Source of the DNA: Clostridia bacterium
GTDB taxonomy: Bacteria; Bacillota; Clostridia; Christensenellales; UBA1242
DNA length: 41,538 nucleotides
Reading direction: 5' to 3'
Assembly: GCA_045598865.1 (NCBI GenBank)
Contig: JAZRVA010000013.1
Span: forward strand, 1-41,538
This document shows positions 18,355 to 27,069 of this stretch, one piece after another. Below the pieces are notes generated by a model. That model ran no database searches. It had not been told where the DNA came from and saw only the letters and a list, made by a program, of their open reading frames with translations. The number at the start of each line of letters is the position of its first letter. Position 1 is the first letter of the stretch. Position numbers and translations under genes: made by a program.

Positions 18355-18469
18355 TACTAAAAAGTTTGAAGAATTTATGTTTATGTAGCACAAATTGTTA
18401 TTATTTTGTGTTATTGCCTTGCCATAAGGCAAACATTATCTTGTAAAAATGTGTATTTTAAAGATAAGT

Positions 18470-18498
18470 TTGACATTTTTTTATATCTTTTTTAAACT
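18470..18498 (+). promoter_or_regulatory. Sigma-A promoter of rnr (leaderless or near-leaderless)
   Basis: TTGACA (18470-18475), 17 bp, TAAACT (18493-18498). ATG at 18507 with no SD. Confidence 0.75.
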
Positions 18499-18506
18499 AG
18501 AAACAT

Positions 18507-20618
18507 ATGGAAGAATTAAAACAACAAATAACTAATATTCTTGAAACAAAGTTTATTAACTACAAGGGAATAAACAAGCTTGCTGATGCATTAACAAAAC
18601 ATATTAAAAAAGATTATGGCAGCATTTTGGAAGCTTTAAAACAAATGGAAGAAGATGGCGATATTTTTGAATTTACAAAGCACAAATATGCACTTTCGTC
18701 TTCACTGGGGCTTGTGAAGGGAAAGGTTAGTTTTTCTGACAAAAATTATAGTTTTGTTTTAAACCCAGGAGGCGACATTTTTGTTAGCCGAAAAAACTTG
18801 CTTAACAGTTTTGATGGCGATATTGTTCTTGTAAAAATTTTAACAAAACCTATGGGGGGCAAAAAAAGTGAAGGCAAGGTTGTTAAAGTTTTAAAAAGAA
18901 GTGAAGACAGCATTGTTGGAACTTTTACAAGGATTAAAAGTTATGGTTACGTAAGGCCAGATAAAAAAAGATTTGACAGAGATATTTTTATTGATGTTGC
19001 CAACATAAATGGGGCAAAGGATAATGACAAAGTTGTGGTGGATTTGATTGGGTTTAAATCTGGCAACCCAGTTGGCAAGGTGGTGGAGGTTATTGGTTCG
19101 CCAAATGATGTGGGCACAGACATAAAATGCATTTTAAGGTCTTACAGAGTTGTGGAAAAGTTTTCTGACGACGTTTTGCAAGATGCCAGAAAAATTCCAC
19201 AAACAGTGGATAAAACTGCTTTTAAAAATAGGCGCGATTTAACGGATTTAATGCTTTTTACAATTGATGGCAAAGACGCAAAGGATTTGGATGATGCGGT
19301 TAGCATTAGCAAAAATAATGATGGAACATATCTTTTGGGTGTTCACATAGCTGACGTTGGGCAATATGTAACTTTGGGTAGCAGGTTGGACGAATCTGCC
19401 TTTGAAAGGGGAACTAGCATTTACTTTTTAGACAAGGTAATTCCTATGTTACCAAAGGAACTTTCAAACGGCATTTGCTCGTTAAACGAAGGTGTGGACA
19501 GGCTGGCACTTAGTGTGTTTATGACCATTGATAAAACCGGCAGTGTTATAAAAAGTGAGATTTTTGAAAGTGTTATAAACAGCAAGCATCGTCTTAACTA
19601 TGACGAAGTTTTGGAAGTGTTGGAGGGTAACAAACAAACACAAGAAAGATTAAAAGACATTAAAAATGATTTGTTTTTAATGCTTGAACTTTCCGAAATT
19701 TTGGACAAACGCAGAAAACAGTTTGGTTCGCTGGATTTTGACATACCAGAAGGTAAAGTTATTGTGGACGAAAACTTTAAGCCTATTAGGGTGGAAAAAA
19801 GGTCTTCCACAAAATCCACAAAAATAATAGAAACTTTTATGGTGGCGACCAACGAAGTTGTTGCAAAAAAATTCTGCGAACTTAAAATTCCTTTTGTGTA
19901 TAGAATTCACGAAAAACCAGACCCAGAAAAAATGGCATCTTTTTTGAATTTTTTAAACACAATTGGTGTGAGTGCAGATTTGAACAAAAAAGATGTTGAG
20001 CCGCTTGACTTACAAAAAATATTGTTGCAAACAAAGGATTTACCAATTAACAGTGTGGTTAATATGGTGATGTTAAGGTCGCTTAAAAAGGCAAAATATT
20101 TTGATGAGTGCTTGGGGCATTTTGGCATGGCGCTTAACTATTATTGTCACTTTACATCTCCAATAAGAAGATACCCAGATTTGTGTATTCACAGGATTAT
20201 TAAACAGTTTTTATGTGGAAACAGGCAGGCAATAACTTCACCCAAGGCAATTGGATTTGTGGAAAAGGCTTCAAGCAAATCTAGCGAAATGGAAAAGATT
20301 GCAGAGGACGTGGAAAGGGATATAACAGACTACAAAAAATGCGAATACATGAGCGGCTTTGTTGGACAAACTTTTGAAGGTATAATAAGCGGTGTTAATG
20401 CCAGAGGGTTTTATGTGGAACTTGATGACACTTGCGAAGGTTTTGTGAGTGTGGCTAGTTTGACTGACGATTTTTATAACTTTGATGAACAATCACTTAT
20501 GCTTGTTGGCAAGGGCAAGTTTTACAAAATTGGAGAGAGAGTTAGAGTTAAACTTTTAAATTGTGTTTTATCAGATAGAAAAATAAACTTTGAAATTGTT
20601 AAAAAATTGAATAGCTAG
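18507..20618 (+). CDS. rnr: Ribonuclease R
   Basis: Cold-shock domains, FTIDGKDAKDLDDAVS, VHIADV, RGTSIY, HFTSPIRRYPDL, C-terminal S1 domain. Confidence 0.97.
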   Translation: MEELKQQITNILETKFINYKGINKLADALTKHIKKDYGSILEALKQMEEDGDIFEFTKHKYALSSSLGLVKGKVSFSDKNYSFVLNPGGDIFVSRKNLLNSFDGDIVLVKILTKPMGGKKSEGKVVKVLKRSEDSIVGTFTRIKSYGYVRPDKKRFDRDIFIDVANINGAKDNDKVVVDLIGFKSGNPVGKVVEVIGSPNDVGTDIKCILRSYRVVEKFSDDVLQDARKIPQTVDKTAFKNRRDLTDLMLFTIDGKDAKDLDDAVSISKNNDGTYLLGVHIADVGQYVTLGSRLDESAFERGTSIYFLDKVIPMLPKELSNGICSLNEGVDRLALSVFMTIDKTGSVIKSEIFESVINSKHRLNYDEVLEVLEGNKQTQERLKDIKNDLFLMLELSEILDKRRKQFGSLDFDIPEGKVIVDENFKPIRVEKRSSTKSTKIIETFMVATNEVVAKKFCELKIPFVYRIHEKPDPEKMASFLNFLNTIGVSADLNKKDVEPLDLQKILLQTKDLPINSVVNMVMLRSLKKAKYFDECLGHFGMALNYYCHFTSPIRRYPDLCIHRIIKQFLCGNRQAITSPKAIGFVEKASSKSSEMEKIAEDVERDITDYKKCEYMSGFVGQTFEGIISGVNARGFYVELDDTCEGFVSVASLTDDFYNFDEQSLMLVGKGKFYKIGERVRVKLLNCVLSDRKINFEIVKKLNS

Positions 20619-20665
20619 AAATGTTTTAAAACTTTAATTAACTAAACAAAAAATATTATATGTTT

Positions 20666-20698
20666 AAAAAAAGTGCTTTTTAATAAGGCACTTTTTTT
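20666..20698 (+). terminator. Intrinsic terminator
   Basis: aaaaaaagtgcttt-ttaat-aaggcacttttttt. Confidence 0.8.
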
Positions 20699-20838
20699 AT
20701 AAATAATTTATAAATAATAAAGCAAAAAAGTATTGTTTTTGTTGCTCTTAAACATAATTTAATTTTTATGTTTTTTGTTTTAAACATATATTTTTTGTTT
20801 TTTTGCAAAAACTAAAACTAATAAAAGGAGTTTTAGTT

Positions 20839-21792
20839 ATGAAAAAAAGATTTTTAAGCGCATTTTTATGCTTTTGTTTTTTAGTACTTTCTTGCTTTGT
20901 TTTGGGTGCTTGTGATGAACAACCACAACCAGAAGCTCCAATTTTGCAAGAAAACTTTGCAATGATTGGCAACACTGTTTACAAAAATTTTGCGGAGGCT
21001 GTTAGCGCAGTTCCGTTTAATGGCGAGCAAACCACCATAAAACTTGTTTCCAATGCAACAGGTGGCGGAAGCAAGGTGAACGAAGGTGAATCTTTAGAAA
21101 ACTACCAAAACATTGTTTTTGACTTTAATGGCTTTACTTACTATATGGATCAACCAACCGTGGGATCTGCTGGCACAGAAACAAATGGGTTTCAGCTTTT
21201 GCAAGGGGGAAAGGTTACGTTTAAAAATGGAAGGTTGCAGAATAAACCAAGAGGTGCAAAAATTATGCTTCAAAACTACTGTGATTTAACTTTGCAAGAT
21301 TTTACTGTTGACAACTCTAAATCAGAAAGTTTTGTTGACGAAAATAACAAAAATCAGGTTTATGGCCAATATGCAGTGAGCAATAATTTTGGATCTTTGA
21401 CGGTTAAGGGCAACAGCAACATTATTGCAAGAGAAAATTTTGTTGCGTTTGACCTTTGGTTTGGTTTAAAAGACAAATACAAAACAGGGGTAAATGTTAA
21501 CATAGACCCAACCTTTACTGGCAGTGTGTATGGTAAAATAGAATATGGTTGCTCTAACACAAGAGGAGTAGAAAATTGGAGAGAATTAACTAATTTGGAA
21601 ATAAATGCAGGCAATTTTTATGACTTTTCGCTTGCAAGTTCTAGCACAAATGCATTAGAAGGGGCATCGATTAGCATAAAGGGAGGCAAGTTTGTTTTGG
21701 CTGAAAACACAACATTTGATCAGAGCTTTGTGCCTTCTGGATGCTCTGCAAGGCAAGATGGCAACACATGGATTGTGGTTAAGAATGCTTAA
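20839..21792 (+). CDS. Putative lipoprotein with a beta-helix-like extracellular domain
   Basis: AAGGAG RBS gives ATG 20839. MKKRF + hydrophobic stretch + LGA-C lipobox. Short Gly/Asn-rich beta repeats (VTFKNG, LTLQD, LTVKG, LEINAGNF, ISIKGGKF). Confidence 0.78.
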   Translation: MKKRFLSAFLCFCFLVLSCFVLGACDEQPQPEAPILQENFAMIGNTVYKNFAEAVSAVPFNGEQTTIKLVSNATGGGSKVNEGESLENYQNIVFDFNGFTYYMDQPTVGSAGTETNGFQLLQGGKVTFKNGRLQNKPRGAKIMLQNYCDLTLQDFTVDNSKSESFVDENNKNQVYGQYAVSNNFGSLTVKGNSNIIARENFVAFDLWFGLKDKYKTGVNVNIDPTFTGSVYGKIEYGCSNTRGVENWRELTNLEINAGNFYDFSLASSSTNALEGASISIKGGKFVLAENTTFDQSFVPSGCSARQDGNTWIVVKNA

Positions 21793-21801
21793 ACATAAAT
21801 T

Positions 21802-21832
21802 AGGCAAAGGAATTAAACCCTTTGCTTTTTTT
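21802..21832 (+). terminator. Intrinsic terminator
   Basis: aggcaaagg...cctttgctt followed by a T tract. Confidence 0.75.
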
Positions 21833-21868
21833 ATAGTTTGTGTTATTATTCTTTTTGGAAAGTATATT

Positions 21869-22309
21869 ATGAAGGTTGTATCAACAAACAAATTTGCACA
21901 TTTTAATTATTTTATAGAAGAAACTTTTGAAGCGGGCATTGTTTTGAATGGGAGTGAAATTAAGTCGATAAGAGCAAACGGAATTACTTTAAACGAAAGT
22001 TTTGTTTTGGTGTCAAATAACCAAGTTTGGCTTAAAAATAGCTTTGTAAAGACTTATCAAACCAAGAACAATTTTACTCCAAAACCGGACAGAGATAGAG
22101 CACTTCTTCTTAACAAAAAAGAAATATTAAAAATTAAACAAAAGGTTAACGAAAAGGGTTATACAATTGTGCCAATAAAGGCATATTTTAACGGGGAAAG
22201 GTTGAAACTTGAAATTGGCCTTGGCAGAGGTAAAAAACTTTTTAACAAAAAAGAAGATAAAAAAGAAAAAGACATTGCAAGGGAGACCCAAAGAATTTTG
22301 AAAAATTAA
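21869..22309 (+). CDS. smpB: SsrA-binding protein SmpB
   Basis: NKFAHFNYFIEETFEAGIVLNGSEIKSIR, R.LLLNKKEI, GYTIVP, GRGKK. True start ATG 21869 (MKVVST). Confidence 0.96.
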   Translation: MKVVSTNKFAHFNYFIEETFEAGIVLNGSEIKSIRANGITLNESFVLVSNNQVWLKNSFVKTYQTKNNFTPKPDRDRALLLNKKEILKIKQKVNEKGYTIVPIKAYFNGERLKLEIGLGRGKKLFNKKEDKKEKDIARETQRILKN

Positions 22310-22383
22310 ATTAGATGTTTTGCACATTGACCTTATTACAAAAAAATGGTAGTATACAATAACAAAAGTGAGGTGTAAAAACT

Positions 22384-22941
22384 ATGAAACCAGGATATGA
22401 TATTTCAAACCCTACAATGAAAGATTGGTTTAGGATAGAAAGAGACTATGAGAGAACATTTAAAAAATTTAACGAAAGTGGGATATCTAGACCTAACCTT
22501 GCAATAGGAATTGTTAATGATATGTATACAAATCAATATGAAAAAGAACTTAACAAATCTTTTGCAAAAGGGAAAAATGATATTTCTCCAATTGCAGAAT
22601 GGCGTTTTGATGTTTTAAGAAAAATAACAGAAATAAAAATTTATGAAGCTGTGATGAAATTAAATAATCCTGATGATTGTTTAACATTTTCTTTCCTTAA
22701 TGGTAAGCCAGACGAACAAACAAGTGAATTTTTAAATTTAAGCGATAATTCTGGCAGACCAATAAACATTGCAAGAACTGGCTCTTTGGAATATCCAAAA
22801 GGATTTACATCTTTTGATGATGAAGCTGCAAGAGTGGACCTGAAAGTTTTTAAAGATGGAGAGATTCTTGCTGTTCAGAATAAGCAAGGTGAAGAAATTT
22901 ATAACTTTAACTCTTTGCCAATGAATTTTCAAGAACAATAA
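22384..22941 (+). CDS. Hypothetical soluble protein inserted between smpB and ssrA
   Basis: Promoter TTGACC (22327), 17 bp, TG-n-TAGTAT (22350); GAGGTG RBS; no motif recognised. Confidence 0.75.
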   Translation: MKPGYDISNPTMKDWFRIERDYERTFKKFNESGISRPNLAIGIVNDMYTNQYEKELNKSFAKGKNDISPIAEWRFDVLRKITEIKIYEAVMKLNNPDDCLTFSFLNGKPDEQTSEFLNLSDNSGRPINIARTGSLEYPKGFTSFDDEAARVDLKVFKDGEILAVQNKQGEEIYNFNSLPMNFQEQ

Positions 22942-22967
22942 TTTGTGTTTAATCACAAATTATTCTT

Positions 22968-23340
22968 GGGGGTGCACCGGTTTCGACAGGGCAGTCTAGA
23001 AGCAAAATAAGCGAGATGTGGTTTTTATGTTTTGGCGTCCACACAAAACAAACTAAAACAGATTTTTTAAGTGCAAACTTAAATTCTAATGCTAACTCTG
23101 TAGCTTGTGCTGCTTAGTTAACCGTTTAAGAAAATAGTTTTTCTTGTAGCTTTTTCTTAGGCGTCAGTTATACAAGGAACTTTGTTTGATTTGTCTGTGC
23201 CAAACAATTTTATTAGCAGGCTTTGCCTTAAAACATTGTTAACTTTTGTTTTAAAGTGAATTCTTTAAAGTTAACTGTTCTCGAAGAAAGTTTTGTTTTT
23301 GCTGTTTTGGACATGAGTTCAATTCTCATCACCTCCACCA
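22968..23340 (+). ncRNA. ssrA: tmRNA
   Basis: 5' GGGGGTGCACCGGTTTCGAC pairs with 3' CACCTCC-ACCA (G:U wobble at position 3). T-arm ATGAG-TTCAATT-CTCAT. Tag reading frame 23073-23117 is ANLNSNANSVACAA*. Confidence 0.97.
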
Positions 23341-23347
23341 ATAGCAT

Positions 23348-23372
23348 AAAACCCGCTAAAATAGCGGGTTTT
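23348..23372. terminator. Intrinsic terminator after ssrA (probably bidirectional)
   Basis: aaaacccgcta-aaa-tagcgggtttt. Confidence 0.85.
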
Positions 23373-23557
23373 ATTATTTGTTGGGTTTTATATAAGGAAC
23401 AAGTTTTTGGAAAAAAAATAGAAAATAAGAAAAGTTTTATTTATTAATAAAACAAAAGTTCTTAAAATACTTGTGAATAGTTATAAGTATTTATACTAGA
23501 ATTTGTAAGCGAACAGATCAGAAAATATAAAAATTTTATATAATAAGAGTTTTTAAT

Positions 23558-24712
23558 TCATAATTTTTTTGGATTGACTTGCGGCCAAGTTCTGTTTTGT
23601 TTAAACCAATCACTTTCTTTTAGAATTGTGTTGTTGTTTGAGCAACTTATTGTGCAAGTTGTGTTGTCGCACAAGAAAACAATGTTTCCGTTAAAGGATG
23701 TAAATTCATTGTTTTTATAATTTACACATAGAGTTGTGACATAAATCTTGTCGGTATATGGTGCGACCCTATTAATAAAATCCTGAGTAGGGAATTGATT
23801 TTTTGGCTCATTAGCGTATTCTGGGCTACCAGCACAGCAACAAACACAAACTATTGATGGTTGAATTGTTTGCAGTAGCTCTTCTGATGAAGAAGTTTTT
23901 GATCCGTGATGACCGGCTTTGTATAAATCTACTTGTGGTAGAGAGTTTTTGGATATCAAATATTCCTCACCGTCTTCTTCCAAATCACCAGTAAAAAGCA
24001 TATTTATTGTTTTTGTTGGCGATTGCTTATAACTAAAAAGTGTGCAAACAGAATAATTGTTTTCTGATGAAGAATGATTTGCTGGGTCATAATAATAGCT
24101 GTTTAAAACTTTCATTTTGGTGTTTGTGCCAATGTTAAACTCTTCACCCGCACAATCAATTGCCTTATAATGTATGGCACCATTGTTTATTTCGTCTTGC
24201 AATTCTCGTTTGTAATTTGAATAAGTTTTGGAATCTTCGCTTTGGTTTGTGTTACTAAAAGTTATTATGTTATTACACTCAAAAATATCAAAAATGCTAT
24301 CCACATTTTCGTTTGTTGCAAAACCTGCATAGTGGTCTTGGTGTGCATGAGTTATTATTACATATTCTAATGTATTATCGGTAACATATTTGTTTAAATA
24401 TTCTACAACATAGGGGATACTATTTGATTTTGACCCGCAATCTATTAAAATATCACAAGTGTCGGTTTTTATGTATGTGCAATCGCCTGTGTATTTGTTA
24501 CCAAGTTCTATAAAATGAACAGATAAGTTTGCCTCGTCAACCGGAATAACAGTGCTTAGTTCGATATCACTTTTTGAATAAAATATTTCTTCCGAAACAG
24601 CAACAGAATCTGTTGTTGGTAGCTTTAAGTATGTAATACCACAAAAGCCAATAATAATGCCTAAAACCAAGCAAAAAAACGATGAAATGGGATTTGTTTT
24701 TTTCTTGCTCAT
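23558..24712 (-). CDS. Membrane-anchored ComEC/Rec2-like metallo-beta-lactamase-fold hydrolase
   Basis: N-terminal TM; GDCTYI, LIDCG, THAHQDH, NNYS, LFTGD, KAGHHGS. Confidence 0.88.
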   Translation of the reverse strand: MSKKKTNPISSFFCLVLGIIIGFCGITYLKLPTTDSVAVSEEIFYSKSDIELSTVIPVDEANLSVHFIELGNKYTGDCTYIKTDTCDILIDCGSKSNSIPYVVEYLNKYVTDNTLEYVIITHAHQDHYAGFATNENVDSIFDIFECNNIITFSNTNQSEDSKTYSNYKRELQDEINNGAIHYKAIDCAGEEFNIGTNTKMKVLNSYYYDPANHSSSENNYSVCTLFSYKQSPTKTINMLFTGDLEEDGEEYLISKNSLPQVDLYKAGHHGSKTSSSEELLQTIQPSIVCVCCCAGSPEYANEPKNQFPTQDFINRVAPYTDKIYVTTLCVNYKNNEFTSFNGNIVFLCDNTTCTISCSNNNTILKESDWFKQNRTWPQVNPKKL

Positions 24713-24714
24713 TT

Positions 24715-25209
24715 TTATTCCACCTCCGGTTCCATAGCTTCGCCATTTTCAACAAAGGTAACAAGCTTAATCTTTTTTATTTTAAAAATTTTGCCGTATT
24801 TTAAGGAATCTATTGTGTATTCAACATAAAAAGTACCAACTTCATTTGAGAAACCTCTGGAATCCAAATTTAAATTGCTGTTTATCATAACGTCGCTGCT
24901 TATGTCTTTTCCAAACTCAACGGCTTTTGCTCCGGTTTCTATGTATTTTTCATTTAGAGTTAAAGTTATTTCCTCTGGTCCATTTATTTCAAAAGTGTCG
25001 TTTCTGCAAACCACAAAAAAGGCCGCAATCCCGATAACTGCACCTATAATTAAACATAAAAATGCAACAAATAATGTTTTTGGGCCTGAAGTTTTGATTG
25101 TTTTTTCAACCTGTTTTTCTTTCTTTTTATTCTGTTTTTTATTGCCCCAAATTGGCAGGTTTAAGGTTGCCCTTGAACTTGTTTTTGTGGCATTTTTTCT
25201 GGTTGCCAT
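24715..25209 (-). CDS. Single-TM membrane protein with a DUF5011/HYR-like Ig domain
   Basis: Basic N-terminus, TM, 'INGPEEITLTLNEKYIETGAKA...DISSDV...VGTFYVEYTI'. AAAGGAG RBS; 2 bp from the downstream hydrolase gene. Confidence 0.75.
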   Translation of the reverse strand: MATRKNATKTSSRATLNLPIWGNKKQNKKKEKQVEKTIKTSGPKTLFVAFLCLIIGAVIGIAAFFVVCRNDTFEINGPEEITLTLNEKYIETGAKAVEFGKDISSDVMINSNLNLDSRGFSNEVGTFYVEYTIDSLKYGKIFKIKKIKLVTFVENGEAMEPEVE

Positions 25210-25344
25210 AACAACGTCTCCTTTCTATTTAAAAACAATTTTACCAAACTTTATTCTTTTTACAAAATAAAAATTTTTTTGTAGCTAACAAATTTTTGCG
25301 GATTTTATTGAGAATAAAAATTTAAAAAAAATTATTATTTTTTA

Positions 25345-25374
25345 TTGATATCAAAAAAAAGTTTGTGATAGAAT
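25345..25374 (+). promoter_or_regulatory. Sigma-A promoter of pyrG
   Basis: TTGATA (25345-25350), 18 bp, TG-n-TAGAAT (25366-25374). Confidence 0.65.
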
Positions 25375-25398
25375 ACTTCTGTTTTTAAAAATGAATAT

Positions 25399-25449
25399 GA
25401 GAGTTTTTTCTTTATGGAAACACAGGTCCATAAAAAAAACTCTCTTTTT
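25399..25449 (+). terminator. Terminator-like hairpin (attenuator) in the pyrG leader
   Basis: gagagttttt..tttatgga / tccataaa aaaaactctc followed by ttttt, between the promoter and the AGGAGG RBS. Confidence 0.65.
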
Positions 25450-25469
25450 GTTTTTAGGAGGTTTTATTT

Positions 25470-26174
25470 ATGACAAAGTATATTTTTGTAACCGGCGGGG
25501 TTGTTTCTGGTATTGGCAAAGGAATTATTGCAGCAAGTTTGGGAAGATTGCTTAAAATGAGGGGTTTTAAAATTGGGGTGGAAAAGTTTGACCCATACTT
25601 AAATGTGGACCCAGGCACAATGAATCCAAATGAGCATGGGAAAGTATTTGTTACAGATGATGGGGTGGAAACGGATTTGGACCTTGGCCATTACGAGCGA
25701 ATTATAGATATTAACTTAAATAAATTTTCCAACTTAACAAGTGGCAAAGTTTTTTGGAGTGTTTTGAACAAAGAAAGAAATGGTGATTTTTTTGGCAAAA
25801 CAGTGCAAATAATTCTATATGTTACAAATGAAATAAAAAGTTTTATTAAGCAAAATGTGGATTGTAACAAGCCAGACATATTAATAACAGAAATTGGTGG
25901 AACAATTGGAGACATAGAAAGTCAGCCTTTTATTGAGGCTATAAGGCAGTTTTCTATTGAGGTTGGGATTGAAAATTGTTTGTTTGTTCATGTGTGCTTG
26001 GTTCCATTTATTTCTGGCATAAACCCAAACAAAAATATTGTTGAAACAGTTGAATATAATAATAAAAACCAATATTTTATTGGCGTGCAGTTCCACCCAG
26101 AATTAAAAAGCAGACCAACAAATCCACACCCACTTTTTGTTAACTTTATAAAAGCTGCAAAACTTTTAAAGTGA
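25470..26174 (+). pseudogene. pyrG: CTP synthase with a large in-frame internal deletion (probably non-functional)
   Basis: Synthetase N-terminus ([49 protein letters not shown]) is joined at VPFISG to the extreme C-terminus ([17 protein letters not shown]). 234 aa versus ~530 aa normal. Confidence 0.88.
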
Positions 26175-26282
26175 GTATTATAAAACATTTGCAAATATCA
26201 CTTTGCTATTTGTTTTGTTAAAAATGTTTTGTGTGATATTCTATGTTTATAAAACTAAAACAATAATAAAAAGGTTTTTGAT

Positions 26283-26990
26283 ATGGAACTTATAAAACAA
26301 AATTGGACAGATGACGATATAACCCAATTTTACGTCTACGAAAAAACGCTTAAATCCAACTTAAATGATTGCACATGGGAACAAAAAATTGTTAACACAA
26401 CTCTTGATTGTTATGGCAAAACGTCATACAAAGCCAAACAAACGGCAAAAAAAATAAAAAAGGGTAATTACATAGAGTTTGTATCAAAACTAAAAGTTAA
26501 AACTCATTTTGACAGCTTGGTCTTGTCTTATTTAATTTGTAGTATAAAAGATTTTGAAATCTTTGAGCATTATTTGGACTTATTTGTTGAAACAATTGAT
26601 AATTGGGCAAGTGCCGACACATTGAAGTTTGAAAAAAGGGATAACGAAAAACTTGTTGCACTTTCAAAAAAATACTTGCAAAGCAGCAAGCCCTTTGTTC
26701 GTCGGGTTGGCGTGAATATTTGGTTTGAACTAATAAAGCACGAGAATTATTTTAACATGTCTTTTGACGTTTTAAATAGTTTAAAAAACGAACAAGAATA
26801 TTATGTTAATATGTGTGGGGCTTGGCTGCTATCTTGTTGCTTTGTAAAAAACAAACAGAGAACTTATGAATTTTTTAAAAATAATCACACAAATAGCTTT
26901 ATAATAAACAAGGCAATTTCTAAGTGCAGAGATAGTTTTAGGGTGAGTGAAGAAGATAAACAAAATTTATTAAATTTTAGAGTTAGATAA
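26283..26990 (+). CDS. DNA alkylation repair protein (AlkD-like HEAT-repeat family)
   Basis: IDNWASAD, FVRRVG, EYYVNMCGAWLLS, NKAISKCRDSFRVS. Confidence 0.85.
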   Translation: MELIKQNWTDDDITQFYVYEKTLKSNLNDCTWEQKIVNTTLDCYGKTSYKAKQTAKKIKKGNYIEFVSKLKVKTHFDSLVLSYLICSIKDFEIFEHYLDLFVETIDNWASADTLKFEKRDNEKLVALSKKYLQSSKPFVRRVGVNIWFELIKHENYFNMSFDVLNSLKNEQEYYVNMCGAWLLSCCFVKNKQRTYEFFKNNHTNSFIINKAISKCRDSFRVSEEDKQNLLNFRVR

Positions 26991-27028
26991 AAAATATTGT
27001 CTAAAAAATATTAGGCAATATTTTTTTT
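26990..27028 (+). terminator. Intrinsic terminator
   Basis: aaaaatattgtctaa-aaaata-ttaggcaatatttttttt. Confidence 0.75.
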
Positions 27029-27069
27029 AGTTGGTATAATGTTATGAATTAAAAAAATAGGAGTTTGTA

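Noticed and set aside
23256-23447. 63-aa ORF on the + strand
   Set aside because: It overlaps the tmRNA 3' end and its terminator, so it is spurious.
23450-23461. LexA (Cheo) box-like AAAC-AAAA-GTTC downstream of ssrA
   Set aside because: One mismatch in AT-rich DNA, and no gene starts downstream in a suitable orientation.
23320-25470. Integrative element or prophage at the ssrA 3' end
   Set aside because: No integrase, and I found no duplicate of the tmRNA 3' end (att site) in the window.
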